The position numbers and the translations under genes are program-made. The notes below the pieces were generated by a model. That model searched no databases, had not been told where the DNA came from, and saw only the letters and a list, made by a program, of their open reading frames with translations. From contig CBDDFZ010000001.1 in assembly GCA_965227515.1 (NCBI GenBank), positions 32,001 to 96,000 of the forward strand: a DNA stretch of 64,000 nucleotides, in the 5' to 3' direction. The stretch's first letter is position 1; the number at the start of each line of letters is the position of its first letter. Source of the stretch: Alphaproteobacteria bacterium. Its GTDB lineage: Bacteria; Pseudomonadota; Alphaproteobacteria; CALKHQ01. Below, piece after piece: positions 50,742-61,464 of the stretch.

Positions 50742-52955
50742 CTACGGCATGCCCATCATCACGTCGTGCCACAGCTCGGCTGGCAGCCCGCCGCCGGTGA
50801 CCCGGCGCATCGGCGCGTTGTCGTCATTGCCCATCCACACCCCGGCGACCCGGCCCGGCGTGTAGCCGACGAACCAGGCGTCGCGATAGTCCTGGCTGGT
50901 GCCGGTCTTGCCGGCGACCGGCACACCCGGCAGTGCTGCCGCCGCCCCGGTGCCCCAGGCCACCGCCGCCGACAACATCTCGTGCATCTGTGCGGCGACC
51001 CCCGACGAGAGCTGGCGCCCCAGCTCGCCTGGCGCCGCACGATAGAGCACCTGGCCGTCGCGTCCCCGTATCTCGGCGATGCCGTAGGGCGCCACCCCTG
51101 TACCGCCATTGGCCACGGTGGCGTAGGCGGCCGTCAGCTCGATCAGCCGCACCTCGCCCGCGCCCAGCGCCAGGCTGGGGGTCGCTGGCAGGTCGGTGGA
51201 AAGGCCCAGCCGGTGCGCCAGCGACCGCACCTCCGCCGGGCCGACCGCCTGGATCAGCCGCACCGCCGCCGCGTTCAATGAGCGCGCGAACGCCTCCCGC
51301 ACCGAGATCACGCCGCGATAGTTGCCGTCGTAATTCGCCGGCGACCAGCCGCCGATGCTGATCGGGCTGTCGTCGATGGAACTGTCCGGTGTCATGCCGC
51401 GCTCCAGGGCGGCCAGGTAGAGCATCAGCTTGAACGACGAGCCGGGCTGGCGCAGCGCATCGGTGGCGCGGTTGAACTGGCTGTTGCGGTAGTCGCGGCC
51501 GCCGACCATTGCCCTCACCGCACCGTCCAGGTCCATCACCACGACGGCCGCCTGGGCCACGTCCTGCTCCAGGCCGTGGTCGCGCAGGGTGGCGGCGACC
51601 GCCGCGGCGGCGGCGGCTTGGGCGCCGCGATCCAGCGTGGTGATCACCGTCAGGTCCTGTGCCGCGCCGACCAGCCCCACCGCCTGGTCCGCCGCCCAAT
51701 CGGCGAAATAGAGCGAGGGCCGGTTCGCCTGCGCGCCGCCGGCCGCCGCATAGCGCACCACCGCGCTGCGGGCCATGCCGGCCAGTTCCGGCGTGATGAA
51801 GTCGGCATCGACCATGCTTTCCAGCACCACGGCGGCGCGGTCCTGGGCGCGGTCGGGGTTGGCCGCCGGGTTGAACCGCGACGGCGCCTTCAACAGCCCG
51901 GCCAGGATCGCCGCCTCCGGCAGGCTGAGCGTGCGCGCGGTGTGGCCGAAGAAGCGCTGCGAGGCGGCCTCCACCCCATAGGTGCCGGCGCCGAAATAGA
52001 CCCGGTTCAGGTAGATGGTCAGGATCTGCTGCTTGGAGAAGCGCTGCTCGATCCACAGCGCCAGCAGCGCCTCCTGCACCTTGCGGCGCACCGTGCGCTC
52101 CGAGGTCAGGAACAGATTCTTCGCCAGTTGCTGCGAAATGGTGCTGCCGCCGGCCACGATGTCGCCGGCCATGATGTTGCTGGCCGCCGCCCGCATGATG
52201 CCCAGGATGTCGATGCCGGGATGGTCGAAGAAGCGGCGGTCCTCGGTCGCCAGCACCGCCTCGATCAGGCGCGGCGGCAGGTCCTCGTAGTCGAGCGCGC
52301 CGCCGTGATAGTCGCCGTAGGTGGCCAGGATCCCGCCGTCGGCCGCGCGCACCACCACGCTGGAGCGCCGGGTCTGGGCCAGCGCATCGTCCAGCGAGGG
52401 CAGGTCATAGGCGTAATAGGCGATGCCCGCGCCCATCACCACCACGCCCCAGATCAGCGCGATCGCCGACCAGCGCGCCACCCGCCAGATCAGCCCCGGC
52501 TGGCGTGTCGTGCGCCGGCGCCCGCCCGATTTGCAGCGTGCCGGCCGGCGTGTCGGGCGGCGCATCCAGCGCGCGAGCAGCGGCTGCTTGCTTGCCGTGC
52601 GTCGCCGGGTGGTACGGGCGCGCTTCGCCGGAGTGGCCCTGGCGGTGGTCTTCTTCGGCGCCGTGCGCTTGGCGGTCGTGCGCTTGGCGGTCGTGCGCTT
52701 GGCGGTCGTCCGCTTGGTGGTCGTGCGTTTCGCTGGCGCCCGTTTCGCGGTGGAGCGCTTTGTCGGCGTGCGTTTGGACGATGTGGAGCGCGCACTGGAC
52801 TTGCGCGTTGTGCGGCGCCGGGTCGCCTTCAAGCCGAGCAGGCGCCGCCACAGTGCGGGTTTGCGGCGGGCGGACTTGCGGCGCGTGCGCCGGCGGCTGC
52901 CCGTCCGCGAGGCCGGGCGCCGGCGCCGTGTGCGCGACTCGGACGTGCTTGCCAT
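50742..52955 (-). CDS. PBP1A-family transglycosylase/transpeptidase with a long Arg/Lys-rich N-terminal tail
   Basis: EDRRFFDH.G, GGSTISQQLAKN, RKVQE, SSFK, SLN, KTG. Confidence 0.92.
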   Translation of the reverse strand: MASTSESRTRRRRPASRTGSRRRTRRKSARRKPALWRRLLGLKATRRRTTRKSSARSTSSKRTPTKRSTAKRAPAKRTTTKRTTAKRTTAKRTTAKRTAPKKTTARATPAKRARTTRRRTASKQPLLARWMRRPTRRPARCKSGGRRRTTRQPGLIWRVARWSAIALIWGVVVMGAGIAYYAYDLPSLDDALAQTRRSSVVVRAADGGILATYGDYHGGALDYEDLPPRLIEAVLATEDRRFFDHPGIDILGIMRAAASNIMAGDIVAGGSTISQQLAKNLFLTSERTVRRKVQEALLALWIEQRFSKQQILTIYLNRVYFGAGTYGVEAASQRFFGHTARTLSLPEAAILAGLLKAPSRFNPAANPDRAQDRAAVVLESMVDADFITPELAGMARSAVVRYAAAGGAQANRPSLYFADWAADQAVGLVGAAQDLTVITTLDRGAQAAAAAAVAATLRDHGLEQDVAQAAVVVMDLDGAVRAMVGGRDYRNSQFNRATDALRQPGSSFKLMLYLAALERGMTPDSSIDDSPISIGGWSPANYDGNYRGVISVREAFARSLNAAAVRLIQAVGPAEVRSLAHRLGLSTDLPATPSLALGAGEVRLIELTAAYATVANGGTGVAPYGIAEIRGRDGQVLYRAAPGELGRQLSSGVAAQMHEMLSAAVAWGTGAAAALPGVPVAGKTGTSQDYRDAWFVGYTPGRVAGVWMGNDDNAPMRRVTGGGLPAELWHDVMMGMP
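52662..52721 (-). repeat. 15-bp coding tandem repeat (KRTTA pentapeptide)
   Basis: CGTGCGCTTGGCGGT three times plus a degenerate copy. Confidence 0.85.
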
Positions 52956-53033
52956 CGCGCTGTATAGCAAAACCGGCCCGAAGGCCGAATCGTCTTGTCA
53001 GAACAAGAGCTTGTGCGAGCTGAGTCGCGCTAA

Positions 53034-54187
<1,154 letters not shown>

Positions 54188-54279
54188 CTCCCCCACCCGG
54201 CCACCCACGACAGTATCCTGAATGGGTGGCCGGGTGGGGGAGAGGGCTGGCGCAGACTTCAGCGTTCGCCGATGCAGCT

Positions 54280-54891
54280 CTACAGCAAGAACTTGATCGC
54301 CACGAACCCCAGGATGACGATGGCGATGACGCCATAGCCGAACAGCGTGCTGTTGCGGTCCATCAGCGCCTTCAGCTTCGGCCCGAAGGCATACAGCAGC
54401 ACGGCGAAGAACCCGAATTGCAGGGTGCGGCCGACGACCGACACCAGAATGAACGTGGCCAGGTCGAACGCCATGAACCCGGCTGCGATGCAGACCACCT
54501 TGTAGGGAATCGGCGTCAACGCGCCGATGAACACAAAGGTGGCGCCGGTCCACAGGTCGGTCGCGAACTCCGTACGGTATTCCTGGAACGTGTCGGTGAG
54601 GCCGTACAGGTCGAGCAGCCAAACGCCGATCGTTTCGTAGCCGAAATAGCCGATGAAATAACCGCCCACGCCCCCGATGACGGAGGCGACCGTGGCGACC
54701 AGCATGACCAGCCAGATGCGCCGCCGGCTGGCCAGCATCATCGGCACCAGCACCGCATGCACCGGGATCGGCAGGATGGCGCTTTCCAGCGCCGAGATGA
54801 CGGCAAGCAGGTAGAGCGCCTTGCGCGTCTCGGCTTGGTGCATGCAGAACTCGACCGCCGCGCCGATGCGCAGGAACCTGGGTAGCTGCAT
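54280..54891 (-). CDS. YqaA/DedA (VTT) family membrane protein
   Basis: ESAILPIP, SVIGG..GY.IG, TPIPYKV..IAAG. Confidence 0.88.
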   Translation of the reverse strand: MQLPRFLRIGAAVEFCMHQAETRKALYLLAVISALESAILPIPVHAVLVPMMLASRRRIWLVMLVATVASVIGGVGGYFIGYFGYETIGVWLLDLYGLTDTFQEYRTEFATDLWTGATFVFIGALTPIPYKVVCIAAGFMAFDLATFILVSVVGRTLQFGFFAVLLYAFGPKLKALMDRNSTLFGYGVIAIVILGFVAIKFLL

Positions 54892-55050
54892 GCAGGCCTT
54901 CCGTTCCGGGAATGTCTGGTGATGGCGGGCGCGCCGAACCGGTCGCGCCGGGCGGTTATATCCCCACAGGCCGGCATGACAAGCGGCAAGAGCGGCAGCG
55001 GCCCGACATGGGCGAACCGGCACCCGGGCGACTCAACCGCCACGCGCCAC

Positions 55051-55066
55051 TTTACGCGACGTTAAC
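55051..55066. promoter_or_regulatory. CtrA-like box TTTA-N7-TTAAC upstream of the DUF2336 gene
   Basis: TTTACGCGACGTTAAC, one mismatch. Confidence 0.5.
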
Positions 55067-55142
55067 AGCAGGCGGGCATACTCAAGCCGGCACAAAGCGG
55101 CCACAGCCGCGTGCGTGAGGCAGACAACGGGACCTGCGGGCA

Positions 55143-56246
55143 ATGAGTCTTTCGGAAGCTGACGTCAAACGCTTGCTAGAGGAGCGCACGCCGGACGCGC
55201 GCGCCGCGACCGCCGAAAAGCTGGCAAGCCAATACTCGGCGAGCGAACTGAGCGACACCGAGCGCGCCATGGCGGAAGAGATCTTCCGGATGATGCTGAA
55301 CGACGCCGCGGTTCGCGTGCGCCAGGCGCTGTCGGAATCGCTGGCCGAGTCCGATGCCATTCCCGGCGACCTGGCCGTGGCGCTTGCCAAGGATATCGAC
55401 GACGTCGCCATCCCCATGCTTGAGAAGTCGACGGTGCTCTCCGACGACGACCTGGTGGAAATCATCAAGGCCAGCGGCGGCGCCAAGCAGGCCGCCATTG
55501 CCGGGCGCGAGACGGTATCGAGCGCCGTGTCCAGCGCGCTGGTCGCGACCGACAACATCGACGTTGTCGAGAAGTTGATCTCCAACGACGGCGCGGAAAT
55601 CTCAGAGCAGTCGCTCGGCCATGTGATGGACAAGTTCGGCGACGATGCCCGCATCCAGGGCCCGATGGTCGACCGCGCGGCCCTGCCGCCGTCGATTTCC
55701 GAGCGGCTGGTATCGGTGGTGTCGGAGACCCTGCGCGACAAGCTGATGACCCATCACGAGCTGTCGCCGGAAATGGCGACCGATCTGGTGATGCAGTCGC
55801 GCGAGCGCGCCATCCTGGGTATCGCCAAGCAGTCGAATGTCGCCGACCTGCAGGCGATGATCGATCAGCTCCACCGCAATGGCCGGCTGACCCATTCGCT
55901 GATCCTGCGCGCGCTGTGCATGGGCGACATCGCCTTCTTCGAGGCGTCGCTGGCCCAGCTCAGCAAGGTGCCGCTGACCAACGTGCAGCGCCTTATCCAC
56001 GACAAGGGCGACCTGGGCCTGAAGTCGCTCTACCAGCACGCCGCGATGCCGCTGGAGATGTTCCCGGCCGTGCGCGTCGCCGTCGACGTGATCAACGAGA
56101 CCGAATACGACGGCAACGACGATGACCTGCCGCGCTACCGCCGGCGGGTCGTCGAGCGCATTCTGACCCAGTACCAGGACCTGGACGAGGACAGTCTGAG
56201 CTATCTGCTGGACCGGTTGGATTCGGTCGGCGCGATGGCGGCCTAG
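55143..56246 (+). CDS. DUF2336 family protein
   Basis: VRQALSE.L, LA.D...VA.P.L..S.VL.DDDLV, L.RALC.G...FFE. Confidence 0.88.
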   Translation: MSLSEADVKRLLEERTPDARAATAEKLASQYSASELSDTERAMAEEIFRMMLNDAAVRVRQALSESLAESDAIPGDLAVALAKDIDDVAIPMLEKSTVLSDDDLVEIIKASGGAKQAAIAGRETVSSAVSSALVATDNIDVVEKLISNDGAEISEQSLGHVMDKFGDDARIQGPMVDRAALPPSISERLVSVVSETLRDKLMTHHELSPEMATDLVMQSRERAILGIAKQSNVADLQAMIDQLHRNGRLTHSLILRALCMGDIAFFEASLAQLSKVPLTNVQRLIHDKGDLGLKSLYQHAAMPLEMFPAVRVAVDVINETEYDGNDDDLPRYRRRVVERILTQYQDLDEDSLSYLLDRLDSVGAMAA

Positions 56247-56422
56247 CTCCCATCGGTTAACGGGCGCCACGGCGCCCGTACCATTTCCGGCGAGCCCCCG
56301 CCTATCTCTTAGCGATCCCGCACGAAACGGCTATGCTCCGTCGTTCGACAACGACGAGGCACCGCCCGCAATGGCTCAACCAGCTGATGCGCGATCAGCA
56401 TCGTGCGCGTGATCGCGGACGC

Positions 56423-57601
56423 ATGAGCGCGCGCGCGGACAGCGGCCCCAAAGGCAGCCCAGAAGGCAACCCAGCAGCCGAGATCGCGCTGCACCAGGAC
56501 GGCGACGTGACCGTGCTGGCGGCCAGTGGCGCGTGGGACCGGCACCAGGCGGCCGCACTCGACCGCAAGCTTGGCGAGCTGGCACTGCCTGACGGCGGGC
56601 GGGCGATTATCGACGCCTCGGACGTGTCGGTGATGGACAGCTCCGGCGCCTGGCTGCTGCACCGCACCCGCTACCAGTTGAAAAACCGTGGCATCGAAAC
56701 CGAAATCCGCGCGGTGCCGGACGCGTATGCCGATCTGTTCCACCGTGTCGGCGAAGCGGCGCTGGCCGATGCGCGCGATCGCGGTATCGTGCCGTACACA
56801 CCGCACCGCGACCTGGTCGAGGACCTGGGCGAGGCCACCATCGGCGGATTGCGCGCCGGCCGCGCGCTGCTCGGCTTCATCGGTGCCGCCACGGTGACGC
56901 TGGCCAGAACCGCGCGCAACCCGCGCCGGCTGCGCGTCACCGCGCTGGTCTACCACATCCAGCGCACCGGCCTTTACGCCATGCCCATCGTCGGGCTGAT
57001 CAACTTCCTGATCGGCATCGTGCTCGCCTACATGGGCGCCACCCAGCTCCAGGCGTTCGGCGCGCAGATCTTCGCGGTCGACCTGGTCGGCATCGCCGTG
57101 CTGCGCGAGATGGGCATCCTGCTGACCGCCATCGTGGTCGCCGGCCGGTCGGGCAGCGCGTTCACCGCCCAGATCGGCACCATGCAGGTGAACCAGGAGA
57201 TCGACGCCATGCGCACCATCGGGCTCGACCCGATGGACGTGCTGGTGATGCCGCGCATGATCGCGCTGGCGATCACGTTGCCGGCGCTGACCTTCTTCGC
57301 CGACCTGATGGGCCTGCTGGGCGGCGGCATCATGAGCATCCTGGTGCTGGATATCTCGCTGGTGCAGTTCCTCGATCGGCTGCGGGACTCCGTCTCGGTG
57401 CCGATCTTCCTGGTCGGCATCAGCAAGGCCCCGGTGTTCGCGGTGATCATTGCCGTCGTCGGCTGTTATGAGGGCATGAAGGTCGGCGGCAGCGCGGAGT
57501 CGGTGGGGCGACAGACCACCAAGTCGGTGGTCGAGTCGATCTTCCTGGTCATCGTGTTCGACGCGCTGTTCGCCATTATGTATTCATATTTGGGCATTTA
57601 A
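56423..57601 (+). CDS. mlaE: MlaE family lipid ABC permease with an N-terminal STAS domain
   Basis: MDSSGAW, LREMG, GRSGSAFTAQIGTM..NQEIDA. Confidence 0.9.
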   Translation: MSARADSGPKGSPEGNPAAEIALHQDGDVTVLAASGAWDRHQAAALDRKLGELALPDGGRAIIDASDVSVMDSSGAWLLHRTRYQLKNRGIETEIRAVPDAYADLFHRVGEAALADARDRGIVPYTPHRDLVEDLGEATIGGLRAGRALLGFIGAATVTLARTARNPRRLRVTALVYHIQRTGLYAMPIVGLINFLIGIVLAYMGATQLQAFGAQIFAVDLVGIAVLREMGILLTAIVVAGRSGSAFTAQIGTMQVNQEIDAMRTIGLDPMDVLVMPRMIALAITLPALTFFADLMGLLGGGIMSILVLDISLVQFLDRLRDSVSVPIFLVGISKAPVFAVIIAVVGCYEGMKVGGSAESVGRQTTKSVVESIFLVIVFDALFAIMYSYLGI

Positions 57602-57607
57602 GGCATC

Positions 57608-58603
57608 GTGCTAGAGCATGGGCCGCGTGCCGATGCACCCGGTGCGCCGAATCCGTCAGGATATGACGGATCGATATTCTTTGCGGGGGATGGGCCGAGA
57701 TTGGCAAGAGCAGCCGCAGCTACCACGGGCAACGACGTGCCGCCGAACGGATCGGCAGGGCAGCCGCAGGCGCGCGATCGCGAGGTCGTCGTCTCCATCC
57801 GTGGGCTGGAGAACCGCTTCGGCGAGCAAGTCGTTCATGACGGCCTGGACCTGGATGTCTTGCGCGGCGAGGTGCTGGGCATCGTCGGCGGATCGGGCAC
57901 CGGCAAGTCGGTGCTGCTGCGCACCATCATCGGCCTGAACCGCCCGGCCGGCGGCACCATCGACGTCCTGGGCGAAGAGATCGTCGGCCGCGACCTGACC
58001 CGCGCGCCGGAGCTGACCGGGCTGTGGGGCGTGCTGTTCCAGGACGGCGCGCTGTTCAGCTCGCTGACCGTGGTCGAGAACGTGATGGCGCCGATGCGCG
58101 AGCACACCGACTGGCCACTGGAACTGGCGCGCGAACTGGCGGCGGTGAAGATCGAGATGGTGGGCCTGCCGGCGGACGCCTGCCAGAAGTACCCGTCGCA
58201 ATTGTCCGGCGGCATGCGCAAGCGCGCCGGCCTGGCCCGCGCGCTCGCCCTGGACCCGCCGCTGCTGCTGCTGGACGAGCCCACCGCCGGCCTGGACCCC
58301 ATCGGCGCCGCCGACTTCGACCAGTTGATCCGCAGCCTGCAACAGAGCCTGGGCCTGACCGTGGTGATGGTCACCCACGACCTGGACAGCCTGCAGGCGA
58401 TCTGCGACCGGATCGCGGTGCTGGTGGACAAGCGCGTGGTGGTCGACACCATGGCGAACCTGATGCAACTCGACCATCCGTGGGTGCAGGAGTACTTCCA
58501 CGGTCCGCGCGCCCGCAACGCCCAGGCCGCATCCGGCCATGCCGCCGGCACCAAGGCCGGGGCTGGAGCCGGCGCCGGGGCCGGGGCCAACCGGGCCGCC
58601 TGA
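57608..58603 (+). CDS. mlaF: MlaF family ABC ATP-binding protein
   Basis: GGSGTGKS, LSGGMRKR, DEPTAGLDP; start uncertain. Confidence 0.9.
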   Translation: MLEHGPRADAPGAPNPSGYDGSIFFAGDGPRLARAAAATTGNDVPPNGSAGQPQARDREVVVSIRGLENRFGEQVVHDGLDLDVLRGEVLGIVGGSGTGKSVLLRTIIGLNRPAGGTIDVLGEEIVGRDLTRAPELTGLWGVLFQDGALFSSLTVVENVMAPMREHTDWPLELARELAAVKIEMVGLPADACQKYPSQLSGGMRKRAGLARALALDPPLLLLDEPTAGLDPIGAADFDQLIRSLQQSLGLTVVMVTHDLDSLQAICDRIAVLVDKRVVVDTMANLMQLDHPWVQEYFHGPRARNAQAASGHAAGTKAGAGAGAGAGANRAA

Positions 58604-58605
58604 CC

Positions 58606-59565
58606 ATGGAAACCCGCGCAAGTTATGTCCTTGTCGGCGCCTTCGTGCTGTCGCTGATCGCGCTGTTGTTCGGCTTCATCATCTGGCTGGCCAATTTCGA
58701 GTTCGGCAATACGCAGAAGTCGTACTACCTGCTGTTCAACGAGTCCGTCTCCGGGCTGAACATCGGCGCGGTCGTCAGCTATCGCGGCATCCGGGTCGGC
58801 AATGTCACCAACATCCGCATCAATCCGGACAATGTGGAGGAGGTGCGCGTCGACCTGTCGATCGACGGCGACGTGCCGATCAAGACCGATGCGGTGGCCA
58901 GCCTGCAATTCCAGGGCATCACCGGGCTCAGCTTCATCGAGATCGCGGGCGGCACGGCGGAAGCGCCGGAGCTGCTGTCCGGCAGCGAGGTCGAGACCAC
59001 GGCCAGCGGGTTGCAGGAGGTGATCGCCCGCGCCCCGCAACTGATCAACGAGCTGATCGTGGCCATCGACCAGTTCAACTCGATCCTGAGCAACCAAAAT
59101 CGTGCCGCATTTGCGGAGACACTGGAGAACATGGCAACGGTGACGGCAGCGCTGGCTGACGAGGAGTCTGGCGTTCCGCGCCTGATGGGCGAACTGACCG
59201 AGGCTGCCATCGCCGTGCGCGGCGCCACCCAGGACATCCCTGCCCTTGTGGAGCATATCGACACCGCCGTGCTGGATGCGTCGACCATCTTTGCCGGCGT
59301 CGAGGCCGAGATCACGCCGGCGGTCGCCGCTTTTCAGCAGGCCACCGGCAGCGTCACCGACGCGGCCGACCTGTTCGAGGCCTTCCTGGCCGAAAACCGC
59401 GACAATGTGCGAGAATTCACCGGCACCGGCCTGGTGGAGCTGAACGTGCTGATCGGCGACCTGCGCGCCGTTATCGGCCAGTTTGCCCGCATCGTCACCG
59501 AGCTGGAGCGCGCACCGTCGCGCTTCCTGTTCGGCGACGGCAACGAAGGGATTGCATTGGACTGA
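58606..59565 (+). CDS. mlaD: MlaD/MCE family protein
   Basis: METRASYVLVGAF, VSGL..G..V.YRGIRVG.V. Confidence 0.9.
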   Translation: METRASYVLVGAFVLSLIALLFGFIIWLANFEFGNTQKSYYLLFNESVSGLNIGAVVSYRGIRVGNVTNIRINPDNVEEVRVDLSIDGDVPIKTDAVASLQFQGITGLSFIEIAGGTAEAPELLSGSEVETTASGLQEVIARAPQLINELIVAIDQFNSILSNQNRAAFAETLENMATVTAALADEESGVPRLMGELTEAAIAVRGATQDIPALVEHIDTAVLDASTIFAGVEAEITPAVAAFQQATGSVTDAADLFEAFLAENRDNVREFTGTGLVELNVLIGDLRAVIGQFARIVTELERAPSRFLFGDGNEGIALD

Positions 59566-60203
59566 TGATGCCGCGCCGCAAAATCCTGGCAGGCCTTGGC
59601 GCCCTGACGGGCATCGCCGCGACCGGGGGCTGCAGTGTGCTCAGCGAGCCGGCGCCGGCGCTCTACGTGCTGACGCCGAAGAGCACGTTCGACGACCTGC
59701 TGCCGCACGTATCGTGGCAGCTCATCGTGGAGCAGCCGTTCGCCGCCGCGGGCCTGGATACGGCCCGCATCGCCGTGGCGCCGGATCCCACGCGACTGGA
59801 CTATTTCGCCGATGTCTCCTGGTCGGACTACGCGCCGGCGATGGTGCAGACGCTGATCGTGGAATCGTTCGAGAACTCGGAGCGCATCATCGCGGTCGGC
59901 CGCGACACCATCGACCTGCGCTCCGACTTCGTGCTGAAGACCGAGCTGCGCGAGTTCCAGGCCGAACTGAGCGGAGAGGGCCAGCCGCCGAACGTGGTGA
60001 TTCAGATCAATGCCAAGCTGGTGCGCATGCCCCAGCGCATCATCATCGCGAACCAGAACTTCCGTGCCCAGGCGCGGGCGTCCAGCAACGACATCCCGGC
60101 GGTGGTCGCCGCGTTTGACGATGCCCTGGGCAGTGTGCTGAAAGACCTCATATCCTGGACGCTGAATGCGCCGCCCGATGTCGGCGTGCGCGATCCGTCG
60201 TGA
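59565..60203 (+). CDS. ABC-type transport auxiliary lipoprotein (PqiC-like)
   Basis: Lipobox-like TGGC; LDTARIAV, WSD.AP; last gene of the mla operon. Confidence 0.85.
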   Translation: MMPRRKILAGLGALTGIAATGGCSVLSEPAPALYVLTPKSTFDDLLPHVSWQLIVEQPFAAAGLDTARIAVAPDPTRLDYFADVSWSDYAPAMVQTLIVESFENSERIIAVGRDTIDLRSDFVLKTELREFQAELSGEGQPPNVVIQINAKLVRMPQRIIIANQNFRAQARASSNDIPAVVAAFDDALGSVLKDLISWTLNAPPDVGVRDPS

Positions 60204-60296
60204 ACGGGCGGTAACGCAACCGCGGGGATGCGGGGACCCGGCCCGGAGCAGGCAACAATGCTCCAGCGGGGTGGATCGAAAAGGAGCGGATGACCC

Positions 60297-61178
60297 ATGC
60301 AGGCGAAACGACCCTCATACGCAGCCGTTGTTCTGGCCGCCGCGATCGTCGCGGTGATGGCGCTGTCGCCGCTGGTCGGCCAGGCGCAGTCGCCGGACGA
60401 CGGATGGTCGGCGCTGGAAGGCGGCGACATCGACATGGCGCGCCAGATCTTCGGCCCGCTGGCCGAGGCGGGCGATCCCGAAGCGCAGTTCGCCATGGGT
60501 TGGCTGTATGGCGGCGGCGGGGGCGGCGCGCCCGACTATGCGACCGCGCTCGGCTGGTATGAACGCGCGGCGGAGCAGGGCCATTCGGAGGCGCAGAACG
60601 CCGCCGGCTATATCCACGACCTCGGGCTCGGCGTGCCCTACGACCCGGACATGGCGGAGTACTGGTTCTCCCAGTCGGCCGCCGCCGGCAACCACTCGGC
60701 CATGAACAATCTGGCCTACCGCTGGTCGCGCAATGGCGAGAATCTGCCCGAGGCGCTGGATATGATCCGCTCCGTCGTCGCGCAGGACCGCAGCAACTCC
60801 GCGTTCCTGGATACGCTGGGCTGGGTGCTCTACCAGATGGGCCGGTTCGACGATGCGATCCCGCCCCTGTGCCAGGCGGTGATGCTGGAACCCGGCCACC
60901 CGGAAATCCGCGTCCACCTGGGCGATGCCTACTGGCAGGCCGGGCGCCACCTGGACGCGCAGCACCAGTGGCAGCGCGCACTCAGGCTCTATTCGGAGCC
61001 GGAAGCGCTGAGCCAGGACGGGCACACCTTCCTGACCTCGCGCCCGGCGCTGTGGCGCCAGCAGTTGCAGGACCGGCTCGCCAACGGGCTGCCCCAGGCT
61101 CCCGCGGCCCAGACCGACGACGTGAAGCCCTCGGTCGAGCACAGCTTCACCGACGAGTGCCAGGTGCCGATTACGTAG
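60297..61178 (+). CDS. Sel1/TPR repeat protein
   Basis: AQFAMGWLY, AAEQGH..AQ, NNLAY, LDTLGWV, HLGDAYW. Confidence 0.85.
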   Translation: MQAKRPSYAAVVLAAAIVAVMALSPLVGQAQSPDDGWSALEGGDIDMARQIFGPLAEAGDPEAQFAMGWLYGGGGGGAPDYATALGWYERAAEQGHSEAQNAAGYIHDLGLGVPYDPDMAEYWFSQSAAAGNHSAMNNLAYRWSRNGENLPEALDMIRSVVAQDRSNSAFLDTLGWVLYQMGRFDDAIPPLCQAVMLEPGHPEIRVHLGDAYWQAGRHLDAQHQWQRALRLYSEPEALSQDGHTFLTSRPALWRQQLQDRLANGLPQAPAAQTDDVKPSVEHSFTDECQVPIT

Positions 61179-61220
61179 GTGTTTCGGACAATTGCGACAG
61201 GCACTCAGCCAATAACAACT

Positions 61221-61399
61221 TGTCGTCCTCGCCCGTGTGGCGAGGACCCATTGCCGTCCAGTGCGTCAAACGGCGACACAGTGTTTTGATCCCTTTGTGG
61301 CAGCTAACTGACAAACGCTAACGCATCGGGATCGAACATATCCCCAGGTTATTGAGACCTGCATCAGGATGGGCCCTCGCCACAAGGGCGAGGGCGACA
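61221..61399. repeat. Family B inverted REP doublet with a 117-bp non-coding spacer
   Basis: Units at 61221-61251 and 61369-61399; lies between convergent genes. Confidence 0.85.
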
Positions 61400-61464
61400 T
61401 GGTTTTTTGGTCGATGCATTCGCCCCTTCAACTGAAAATTGCGGACCCTGCACCGGTCAAATGC

